64,000 bases of DNA. It comes from Cenococcum geophilum (Eukaryota). The notes beneath the pieces were generated by a model, which was given only the letters and a program-made list of their open reading frames with translations, had not been told where the DNA came from and searched no databases. A program made the position numbers and the translations under genes. Below, piece after piece: positions 52,231-64,000 of this stretch (positions within the stretch are counted from its first letter, which is position 1; each line of letters starts with the position of its first letter). The stretch lies in contig CP158635.1 in NCBI GenBank assembly GCA_050273025.1, positions 26,660,001 through 26,724,000 of the forward strand, in the 5' to 3' direction.

Positions 52231-55200
52231 TACAATGTTATTCTTAAGGTAAAAGTGCTAGGTAAGGATAACGACGGGAGTGAAGGTCTAGTAGCCTCTT
52301 TATATAGGACTAGAGGATATATATCTATATACGCTATATAGCATATCCTCTTCACCTATAAATATTAAGACAATTTCGATAAGTCGCCCGCACCTCTTTT
52401 GTAAGGCGCGTTAATACTTAGGCGCGCATTAGCGCAATAACGGTTCTTAGGAACGGGCGGTATTATATAGGCCCTACCCGACCGGAAATCAGCCCTACTA
52501 AAAATCAGCCCCGCTAAAGAAAAATCAGCCCCTTTAAAGGGTCTTTATATCTATTCACTAATGCGTTTATTACTTACATCTTTCTTAGACTTATTATGTC
52601 CGCACTATAGATAGCTTCTAGCATAGATAGCAGATATTTAGATTACTTATACGCCTTTCTATTAGCACAGAGCCAATCCTTATCCTTCTAAAAGGAGGAC
52701 TTCCCCTTCTATAAAATACCTAATAGTAAAACAACGTTACTTTATATTTCACTATATATTAAGGTATTACTAACGCTAGGTAGATTAGCAGTATGCTAAT
52801 AAAAAATATTTAGAAAGTCGCTAGGCAGCACACTGCTAAAATCCTCCGCACTACTAAAGACGCGGTCTCCGTCGAAAACCAATATCTAGTATATTATAAT
52901 AATATAAATAAGGAAATCTAGGCGAACCCCAGGGATAGCACGGTAAAGGCTATAGTAATATTAGTACTTGGCCCGCTAAGTTTAGATAACGGTTTACCGG
53001 GGTTTAGGATTTCCACGAAATATAAATACCCTAAACTTTAGAGCGGCAATATAATAGGCGCACTTAATAATACGCCTTAACACTTTGTAGGGAAGGGGGG
53101 TGGATATGCTTATATATCTATATGGGTCTATATAGCCGCAGCCTTATAGGAGCCGTTTAAGGCCGCGGGTTCCCTAGAAGCAGAGTAGGAATAATATTAA
53201 AATATACAGGGAGTGCTATATTGCGAATTCTGGTTTAGGTTAAGGCTTGCTATATATAGAAATATAGGATATAAATTAAGCTAGTTATTTATTACTATAG
53301 TAGCTGGCGGAGTAATTAGCTGGAGATTAGAATTTAAATTAAAAGGAATTAACAGAGGATCTAAATAGATTTTAGGAATTAATAGAGGTTTAAAAGGGGG
53401 AGGTACTTCGGAATTTAAGTAATAGTCTAGGTTTATATTAGAAGGAATTAATAGTAGATCTAAGTAGATTTAAGGAATTAAGGTAGGTTTAAAAGAGAAG
53501 GATATTCTAGGGGTTAAGTAATAGCTTAGGTTAAGAGGGACTTCTAAAGGGTATGAGTAGATCTTAGGGATTAAGGTAGATCTAAAAGGTAATAGTATTT
53601 TAGGAGGGTCCAAATAAAGATTAGCTATACTATGTTGGTCCCTTAAAGACGTTAGAAATATTTAATTAGAACTCCTATTAGGGACGGCTTACGGACTACT
53701 TATTTTAGATAACTCGCGCCTAGTACATTTAGTATTAGACTGCTTAGTAGTAGTTAATCTTTTTATACCCCTAGGGCTTTAAATAGCGCTACTGGCTTCG
53801 GGCTGACTTATAGAGTTAGTATTAGCACAATAGAGATATGCATCCTTTAGGTTCCTCGCTAAAGGAGATAATTCCGTCTATTTCTAGCATTGTGGTTATA
53901 TTTCTATCTAAGCAATAAATATATTAAATTCTTTAGGTACTATATGCCTTTTAATACTATTATAGGTTAGTCGTTAATTTAATAGAGGTAATTAAAAACT
54001 AATATTATACTAGAATCTAGGTTATAGAGACTAATAAGTACTCTAGGTTTAAGACAACTCCATTTTTAGCTAGCAATATTATTTAGTTTAAGGCGCTCTC
54101 CTCCTAATAAATAGGCCATCTCCCGTGCCAAAGCTCTAAATTATTAGCCCTTTTTAGGCTTATACCCTTTTTTTTTTAATCGCTCTACCTTATTATTTAG
54201 CATCTTAGATAGAACAGACTTTATTAACCTATAACTAACTGCATTTTTGCCTGCGTTAAGGACATTAGCTAGGTTACGAATTATTACCTAATTATTAGCT
54301 CTTGCTAGTTTAATATATAGTTCCCAGAGAGCCTTAAGTAATCCGCCCTTAGCCGGATTATAAAGCTTAAGGAACTGTTCTAATTCACAATTATCTAAAG
54401 ACTAAATTTTTGTGTAAACTATAACTAGTCGCTTTATGGCTGCCGGCGATAAATTCTAGCGTTTTTTGGGGGCGGGGTTTCCTCTATAAAGTAGGTCTGG
54501 GCTTCTATTAGGAGGTAAGGTTCCTTATCTTTTAAGAATCTAAAATAATAAAATAAATTCAACTATAGCTTTCCTAGTCTCTAAATCTATAGGGGTTGTC
54601 AAGGCCTTTAGGGCTTTTAGGGCTTTCGCGGCTTTTAGGATTGCTAGGGTGTTCTAGGGGCCTAAGACCGTTAGGGTTTTATTTAAACTAAGCGCCTCTC
54701 TATAGTCGGTAGGTAAGGCCTCCAGAATTTTATCTACTACTCTTTTATAGGCTTTTACTGCTTTACCTTTATTAGTAGAGCGTAGGAATTACGCAAATAG
54801 CTCAATCTTATTTAACAATGACTATTATCTATAAGTATCCCTTAGGAGAGGAGTAATAGAAGGTAAACCCACGGTGTAATAAGGATGGACGGTGCAAGTA
54901 AGCTATAACAGTGCACTGGGAAGGACTACTTCTCTATCCTATAGCGGATAATAATTAGCCTTAGGAAGGGAAAGGCTATAGAATAGAATTACCGTGGCGC
55001 TAAAATCTATTTCACTATACTACTAAAGTAGAGAGGCATTTACAATCCTATAGGTTAGCTAAACTAAAAAAAGAAGGTAATAGGGTATAAGAGTGAGAGA
55101 AGTAGGAAATGTTGTAGGGGATTATCGTTACTATCGCAACAATAATACCCCTATAATTTTAGCTTGGCGTATATTAGCCCCTCACCTTATTACCCCTAAG

Positions 55201-58200
55201 ACGCCATACTATGCTAAACTCCACTACTACAACTTATGCTCCTCTAAAGATCTATAATAGAAAACTAAACAGCTAATTAAAGTAAGGATATGCAGCCGTC
55301 TCCCTAGTTAATTAGACGTAGCCTACCCACTGCTATAAAGTCTAAAAGCTCCCGTTAATTTCTTTTTAATAATATAATAATACGTCCCATAAGAATTAAA
55401 GGCTAAAACGCCTTAATAAACCTAAGAATGCTTTAAATCTTAAAGGTATAGGATAAAGATAAGTGATATATAAAGCTAATTTCGCCCCGTTATACTAGGG
55501 ATGTATAATTACCTTTACTGTCTACTTCACCGGTTGCCTTATTGCCTTCTTCTACAGCTTTTATTTATTACTTCCTTAACTTCGCTATTTTTACCGCTCC
55601 TTTTAAACTATTCCCTAGTCTCCCCTATTTCTGCTAGCTATTTACGGCCACTTTATTCTTTAATATGGATGCTACTTCTTTAATAATTAGCTCGCTCTTT
55701 TAAGCCGTAATTCGCTAGACCCTACTAGTCTTAGACTAGTATATTTAGCAGCCTTTTATAACTATCACTAGCAGCTAGGATTAAGATTTAAGCTATAGTG
55801 TATTAATTACCGACCCTGGCCTAGGAGTAAGTGCTTTATTATACGCCGATATAGATCTAGAAAAGGGGTCTTTAATTATATTAGAAAGTCGTCCTAGATT
55901 AGCTACTAGGCTTAAAACTTCTTCGCGTTCTGGTACTTACTAACTTAAGGGTATATAAGGCTAGTAGACGGAACCCCTAAAGTCGTGTCCTAGTACTGGC
56001 CTATTAGGGGATCAAATCACTATAGGCCTAAAAGACTAATAAATGGCAGGTGCGGGTCTAGGAAATCCTAACCGCCTAAAATACTAACAAGTCGCTCGAA
56101 CACTTAATGATTTAATATTAAGTGAAATTCTCTGCATCTACCTAGATGAGAAGACTACGGATAAACTTTCTTACTCCTTAATTTATTCCTTCTCCAAGTC
56201 TTAACGGGAGTTCCTTAGTACTCTTTATAAAAAAACTAGAGGGCGATAAATACGGGATATTATCTATTTACCTACTTTCCTTAAATTAATGTGTAACTAC
56301 TCTAACGCGTATACGTTTTAAGTACGTTTAATATCTCTTATACGGTATCTATTCTAATTAAATTGCAGACTATAATTTAGGGAATCTCTAAGGCTTAGAG
56401 AACTATATTAAAGAGAAAGGTATAGAGAATGTTTTAAAGTAGAGGCCGCGTCTATCCATTATGGACCCTTAATAGTAGTCATTTGTATCTAGCTTAGGAA
56501 ACTAAATCTTTTACCTTAGCACCTTATCCTTGCATCTAATGGCATTCGGCAGCGTTAGACTTATATATATACGTTCCTAGAGGTTAAGCATTAGGTAATA
56601 CTAAGCAGATATAAAATACATAACGATAAATTAGCATAATACGTGCGGCAATAATTCTCAGCCATGCCTGCCGTATAAAATCCTTTACTAGATACTATCT
56701 AAAGGTAGGGTGAAATAGTAATACTAAAGAACCTAATTCCGTTAGTCGGAGTAGGGGCTATAGTTATTATATCCGCGACGGTCCCAATAGCTCTCGTTTA
56801 ATTAATATTGTGACTTCTCCATATACCTTTTAAGGGTATTCCTCCTTCTACTACCAATTTTACTTTTCTTCGCTCTCTCCTATAATGGCTACTTATTAAA
56901 TTCGACCGCTTATGCACTTAGATATATTTCGAGCAACCTATATTATTGTTTTAGCTTTTAAAACCTCCCAATCTTTTAAGATTCGAAGACTACATTCTAA
57001 AGCATTCCTAATAGATACGTATAACTTTTATGCAGTTAATCTTATTAATGCGCTTCTTAGTTCTACCTTAAGGGTTTATAGTATAGAAAGCCTATATAAT
57101 AAAAACGAAGCTAAGGTAGTTAAGTTGCTATAGGCCAGGTAAGATTTAACAGTATTAATTAGCGGAACTGTAATTTCTAGTGTCCTTATTATAAGTGGCC
57201 TAGAACCCTAGCCACTACCTAAGGGGGATATTTATACGGTACTACTATTTATCTAGTATAAGTTTATAAGCTAATAAAACAAAGGTATTCTTAACAGCCT
57301 CCTAGAGGGTATTAAAAATCTATATTAAGATAAAAACCTAAATGGTATTAAGTTTTATAAGGAAAAAACTTACGCTAAGGGGTATTAGTATAGTTCCTAG
57401 GTTATAAGCTTAGGGGCGTGGCTAATTTTACGCTAGGTACTCCTAAGATTGCTAAATAAAAATCTCTACTCTTACTATACACAAGTCTTATTAAAAGTCT
57501 GGTCTGGGCAGAATACTTATTAAAATAGCAGTAGAAAAGCAGGACAAAGAGGGAAAGAAGATATAGGTGTTAGCTATACTAGCAAGCCAACCTATTCTAA
57601 GACACTTTGGGTTTAATATTAAGACTAAGTTAATAGAAGGTCCGGTAAAGTATCTATACGGTTTTAGTGCTTATAAACCACAGCGCCGCACTATAAGCGT
57701 ATAGCTAGGAGATAAAGATTAATATAGGGCATAAGGGTATAGAAAACTTATAAGTTACCAGCTAAAATAAAAGATTTATACTCTTCTCTTTTTCTATTTA
57801 GTATTACCTAAAATTATAAATAGTATTAAATACTTAATCTAGTAATAGAATAGAGGAGGTAACTAACCCCTATACGCCCTAAGTGCCTTTTATTGCCTAA
57901 GGTTGGGGCGATAACTTATTAGAAAGCCGCTTGGTTAAGTTATTTAACAATAATAATATAGCGTTTATATAGCCCGCCTTATTTCTAAGAAAAAATATTA
58001 TTATAAACTAGCCTACTCCCACTTTTATCTTTATTCTTTTCCATTTTCTTAGATATTTAAGATTATAGCTCCCGTCAGCAGATTTACTTACCCTACCCTT
58101 ATCGCAGCTGCTTAGATTTTGTTATATCTAAACCCTTCTATTATTAAAATAGGGCTATATAGTGCCTTTTCCTGCTTACTTATTACTTACTTTTTTATAA

Positions 58201-58949
58201 TATACCTTACCAAAAAGTTAGTTAAAGATTCCGACGTCTAGCGCGTCTGGCTTTATTACGCTATTATTATTCTTAGTTAGTATTTACAATTATGGCTTTA
58301 ATAGGATCGCCCTAAATACGTATTATCTATTTAGGTAATAAGTTTCTAGTATATAAGCGTGATTGGGATAATAGCAATAACTATAAAGATGGTAATTAAG
58401 GCCGTAGGGCTAGTTTTAATGTACAAAGCCCCCCTAGATTTTAGCTATTGGTTTACTAATATATAATATAGTTACGCAGGCCTCGCATTGGCCATTTTTA
58501 AGATTATATATCATTAAGAGTTATATTTTGGGTATTAGAAAATAGTATAAAGATAATATTTTACTTTATAAGCAGATTCTTTTTCTAGCTCATACAGAGC
58601 ATTAGGGAGGTTTTGCAATCTATAAAATAAATTATCCTTCTAACAACTGTGGAAAATGTAACTGTTATCATTAACTTAGCCCCGGTTCCTCTCGCTTTTA
58701 TAATATAGCGAGGAGAACCGGATTAGCTATAGCAGGCAGCTTCTAGCGCTTTAACTCCTCGCAGCAGCCCTAGGGCTATCAATATAAGAAAGATCCGACG
58801 TATTAGCTAGGGGCTGCCTAAATCATAACCTTATATAGTTTTTCTGCATATTCCGTGACGTAGTAGAAGTATTAGGTGGGCTACGTCTAGCGCGGCTGCC
58901 AAAACCGGCGGCGTTTAGCTAAATAGTTAGTGCGACCCCGGGGAAGGCG

Positions 58950-61900
58950 GGAGGACTAGTCTTATAAAACCAAACTAGTAGGGGTAATACTAGTGGCGTT
59001 AACCAAGACACTTAAATAACTTAAAATTCTCTATTTGTAAAACCCTGCTTTATTACGACATATTAGGACCTAGTAATTTCACTAATACCTATTTCTAAAC
59101 GCTACTACGCATAATAGATATTAGGGCTAATGCTACTATAAAGCAGGTGCGGGATGCAGTTTAGTATAACCTAAAGCAGTAGCAGCGTTTCCTAGCAAGT
59201 ATATAGGCCTAGGCTAAGGCGCCTTTTTTTAATAAGGATTAGTAGAAATTTACAAATAAGGAAGCTAGAAATATTATTACCTTAGGGCGCGGCTAGAATA
59301 ATATAAATTTACCTAAAAGGGAGGAAATTTTAGAACGCGTAAATAAGAGACTAAGAGATAATAGGTTAAATAAAGTAAGCTAGAAGGCTATAAGCTGGCG
59401 TATACCGAAAGCTATTAGAAGTGCTACTAGTTAGTTTTAATATAAATATTATAACTAGCACGTTTTCACTAAGCTATATTTTAGTTCTAGAGAATAAGGA
59501 ATCCTAAGGGGAATTAACTAATAAACCTATTTAGGGGCTCCCGTAGGATCCTATATAAAACAATATATAAAAATAAGTAGCGGGTAGTACGTATAGGGGT
59601 ATAGCTATACGGATCATTAAAGATAGGCGCTTAAATTAAAGCCTAATGTAAGTGTCGGTATCACCTAGGGGGGTACTGCAATTGCAATATAAGGTAACAG
59701 GTTCTTTGATTCATTCGTATCTTTCGCAGAGGATTATAAGGATCGCGGTGCCTAAATAGGGGGCTGATAAGTCACCATAAGGATAACTAATCAGAGATAT
59801 AACCACGTAACCTCTACTCGTATAGACACTGGCGACATTTATAAAAAGGAAAGAAGGTAAGAAAGTATAAAGGAGAAGTATATAGGTCAACAGGTGCTTA
59901 GGGCAGTAATCGCGAATATCTTAGGTATTGCGAATATTACGGATATTGCAGACGTTGCGGATATTATTACGGGTATTACGGATATCGCTACGGATATTGC
60001 GAATATTGCGGATATCGTGAATATTTGGATATTGCGGTGGAGACAAGTAGGCGCGTATAAGGTGTTACTAAGGTGTCCTATAACAGAGCGTAGTTAAAGT
60101 TAAAACCAAAGGTATAGCGGCTTTAAAAGGTATAAAAGTCGTCACAGACTATAGGGGAAGCAGGTAGAAGGGCTAAGTCCTATCCATTATCGTTAAAATG
60201 ACAGTTAAGGAAGTTAATATTAACGGTAAGGTTAGGAGGGTTATTGTTATAGAGGTAGGTGGCGCTCTTGCCCTTATTGTTGCTACTCTTATTATTAACA
60301 TCACCGCGCCTTACTATACTAGGTTCCGTACTACTAGGGTCTATACTACTAAGCTCTATGCTACCCGTAAGGCTATAGGTAAAGGCATTATTATTTATAG
60401 ATATGACTATATTCTTAGCCGTTTTAATTAGTATTGGTCCATTTAAGGTTATAAAGTGCTTAATACCATAATCGTTATAAAAGAAGTTACCACTAGTAGG
60501 AACTGCAGTTGGGGTTAATATATTAAATGCCATAGCCGTTATATCCTTGTTAAAGTCGTCGTTGATATTATTATCCGCGAGGTACTAGTGGACATATCTT
60601 TTAAATCCTTCTCTTACTTCATTATATTCTTCTTTAGTATGCCTAGTTAACTAATAGTCTCCTTTCTTACACACAAAGCACGTCCTAGCATTATTACTAT
60701 AACGATTATTTAATGAACTTAGTCGAGACGTTAGTCGGTGGTAGCGACGGTCAGTAAAGAATACGTCCGTAGGCTATTCTGTAGGCTATAAAAACACATT
60801 AGCAGGTTATCCTATAGTACTATTAATCTTCTTATAAGTAATAATTAACGATTATAGGCTGTTTATAAGGCCAGTAAGTGTAGTAGGTGGGTTAGAGTAA
60901 GCTACCTAGTAAGCAGTGACGTCTTAACAAGTGATGATGAGCTTATTATATAGGAAGTCGTTATTACGGAGGTTAGCGTCAAGACCATACTGTAAATGAC
61001 GGAGGTCGTTAAGCAGTAGCTATAGGCAGTCCCCTATAGACTTGCCTTTATTTTTTATTATTACGGTCTTTAAGGTTATAGCGTTCTATTTTATTAAGAT
61101 TCTACGCTTATATTCTAGTCCTTTAAAGTAGTTGTATATAGCATTATAGATGCTGTTAAAGGTGGTATAGGTTACCTTGTTCTTATAGTAGAAGTTAAAA
61201 GTAATACCCTATAGCATCGTCAGAAAGCCTTTAATCTTTACCTCTTATAGTATATCAACCCTATTACAAAGGTCGTTAAAAATCGTGAGCTTGCGGTTAA
61301 AGTTATTATCCTCTCCGCTGTACTTGCTTTCCTCTATATATATCTTTACCAAGGTTACTAAGTCTCTGCTATAGGTAGTGGCTTTAGCTTCTATAGAAGG
61401 AGCTATAACGTTTATAGGGGGAGCTGTGACGTTTATAGAGGGGGCCGTGACGTCCGTAGGGGGAGCCGTAACGTTTATAGGTAAGGGAGGCTCGGCCGTA
61501 AGGAGGTTATTCGAGATAGCTGGGGTCAGGGTAGGTGCTATTAAGGGAGTTAATAAACGTAATTTAAGACGGTAGTTAATAATATACGAATTAAAGCGTC
61601 CTTTATTATTAATGTATAGCTTAATTTCTGCATCTAATTATTCCGTAGGGTTGTCTTCGTGGGCGACATTATACAGTGCTTATAGTACTAACTTGCTCTT
61701 CTTATTAAAGACCCATACTCCGTTGCGTTAGAGTAGTTATTTAAGTCCCGTAAGTATAGGCCTATTAGCGTCTTTAAATATCTATACCTTAAAATTATTA
61801 AAGTCCTCTTAGTATAATTCCTATAGGCTTTTGTCTTTAAAGTTATATTTAGTGTACTTATTAATTTTAAAGTTAATATAGTTAGTAATGTCTTCTACGG

Positions 61901-63950
61901 TAGTCTCGTTAGTTAAGGTAATTCTATTACTCTAGTTTAGACGTTAGGTTCCTGTATTAGACATAATTAACTAGCATAGATTATAGTGTAGGTTATAGTC
62001 TTACATATTAAGCGGTTAATGGGTATTAGGGGGTACTAGCGCTCAGTAAAGAGGTCGTACTAGGTATTGATTTTGCGTAGTAGACGCGAACCGAACGAAG
62101 CCTTGGTAGGAGTCGGTTCTTAAGTTCCCAGGGCCTTAGTAGGAAGGGTTCTCCTTAACAAACGCGACAAGATCAACGGGCCTTGGTAGGAGCGATCGCG
62201 TGGTGTCTCTCTTAGGTATTAGGGGTACTGGCATTTAGTAAAGAGATTATACGGGGTTAATTTGCGTAATAGACGCGAACCAAATAAAGCCTTAGAGGAG
62301 TCGGTTCTTTAAGTTCCCAGGGCCTATACAGGAAGAGTTCTCCTTAGTAAACACAACATAGTTAACGGGCCTTGGTAGGAGCGATCGCGTAGTGCCTCTC
62401 TTCATAATAACACCTGGCTGATCTGTAATATTAACTAATCAGTGTCGGTATTACCTGGGGGGGTACTGCAATTGCAATATAAGGTAACAGGTTCTTTAAT
62501 TCATTCGTGTCTTTCGCAGAGGATCGTAAGGATCGCGGTGCCTAAATAGGGGGCTAATGAGTCACCGTAAGGATGACTAATCAGAGACATGACCACGTAA
62601 CCTCTACTCGTACAGACAGTAAGTAGTGCCTGTCTCGCCTTACGAAATTAGTAGCGTATTGTACCCTAATTAACGCAGCTATGCCTTATGTAAATTTATG
62701 CCCTATAATGCTACTACTTACCTAAAAATGTAGGGTATTTGCTCTTCTAGTCGCTAAGTCTCCACTATAAAATTAAAAGTAGAATGTCCTATATAGGCTG
62801 ACTATCTTAGCGCAATTCTTTAAGCTCTGAGAACTATAAGAGCAGGCCTTACTATTTACTTCTATTTAGCCTTATTGTATTTAAACGCTAAGCCGTTCCC
62901 TTAGGATATAATAAGGTATTTAGATATAAGTGTAACTAATAATAAACTTTACATATAAACGTCTACAGTATTTCTAAGTTATTACCGTATTTCGATTTAG
63001 CTATAGGCGTATACACCACGCGCTTTAGCTTACGGAGGATTTAGGCAGCCCTATATATAGAAAGCCGCTTAGTGCCAGCAGCTCTACTATACTTCCCTTA
63101 CATAAATGTTTACTTAGTTTACCCCACTCCTATTTCCTATAAATACTTCCCTCCTATAACCGGCAACGAAAATCTATTAATAACTTCCTATAGAAACTCC
63201 GAGCTATTAGGCTGCTAGCTCTATAAGTAACTAAAGGCGAATTATATACACTAGAGACTTATTATTAGATAAGGCTAATAAAAACACTATAAACTCTTAT
63301 GTTAATAATATAACGAGCAACATCTAGCCCCATCTTTATCCCCCTTCTTTAGTGGATATTAATAAGGAACTAATACCTATTAGGCTTAACTCTTCTTACA
63401 GCATTAGGGAGACGGTAATTACTACTAACTCTAGTATAGACGATATAATAATAAGCGTTTAGCCCTATCTTTCTCGCCCTCTGGTAAGTATTAATAAGAG
63501 GCCAATGCCTTCTAAGCTTAACTCTCTTAGCGGTGTTAGAGCGACAGCGACTCCTTCTAGTGTTAGCACGCCGAGCTAGCCCTTTCCCTCTTCTACAAAT
63601 GCTAATGAGGACCTAACCTACCCTAGTAATATTAAAACCCCCTCTATATACTCTAGAGTGGAGGATAGGCTTACTTAAGGCCACTTTAAGGAGGAACTAG
63701 GCGCACCCTTAACCCCTATATAATTATTATCTCTTAAATCCCCAACGGATAAGGATAATAAGACCGAGACATTACCTTACCTTACTCTAGTAGCACTAGT
63801 TAGGGACTACGTCCTTTAGCTAACTGTTTTTAGTTCAGCTATAGAAGCACCAGTTAGGGAGTATCTAAAAGTTTATATAAGTAACTAGTTTACGTTCTCA
63901 TAGAAGAAAACTAACCGCTATAAAGATTTTGTTAATAAGTTTCTTATAAC
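58950..63950 (+). pseudogene. Unknown spliced cargo gene(s), interrupted at an intron donor by the G1 element
   Basis: Protein-like frame (QVRDAV...EILERVNKRLRD...ISWRIPKAIRSA); intron gtaagt...ctaat...gcag resumes at 62619; bounds approximate. Confidence 0.4.
59653..62618 (-). mobile_element. Gag-only LTR retroelement, family G1 copy 2
   Basis: LTRs 59653-59828 and 62443-62618; TSD GTAAG; collinear with 28780-31564. Confidence 0.92.
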
Positions 63951-64000
63951 GGCGGAACTTTATCTTAATAATTGTTAAACATTTGGGCTTAAAGCAGTAT

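Larger units (their letters stand above)
35591..64000 (+). mobile_element. Putative Starship giant transposon (left end plus cargo; right end beyond the window), RIP-degraded
   Basis: Gypsy C pol breaks abruptly at ~35590; the first gene, ~570 bp inside, is a DUF3435-like recombinase; RIPed non-TE genes follow; the gypsy never resumes. Confidence 0.75.

Noticed and set aside
63395..63415. cattagggagacg resembles the putative Starship left end (tattagggaagacg)
   Set aside because: Short match that follows an intron-acceptor-like cttacag; gypsy C does not resume after it.
1..64000. Alternative genetic code or stop readthrough explaining the in-frame TAA/TAG
   Set aside because: Stops accompany pervasive G->A and C->T missense changes in conserved motifs (YLDD->YLNN) and in LTR pairs, which RIP explains.

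Overview
Fungal (Pezizomycotina-type introns) heterochromatic DNA, heavily mutated by repeat-induced point mutation (RIP: CpA->TpA, TpG->TpA), so nearly all real genes are stop-riddled and missing from the ORF track; the long ORFs in the track are tandem-repeat artefacts. Bases 1-35.6 kb are a stack of nested insertions, most resolved to the base by target-site duplications: three Ty3/gypsy families, two Ty1/copia elements, a non-coding LTR element, gag-only LTR elements, two tiny CCCTT-ended MITEs, and ~2.6-3 kb TA-flanked inverted-repeat elements filled with 12-bp and 20-bp arrays. At ~35.59 kb a gypsy pol is cut by a large insertion that opens with a DUF3435-like tyrosine recombinase (Starship 'captain'), followed by RIP-killed cargo (BTB/POZ protein, FunK1 kinase, several unknown genes) running off the window. 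This is most likely a derelict Starship. Protein motifs below are my manual translations with RIP changes reverted by eye; no database searches were run.
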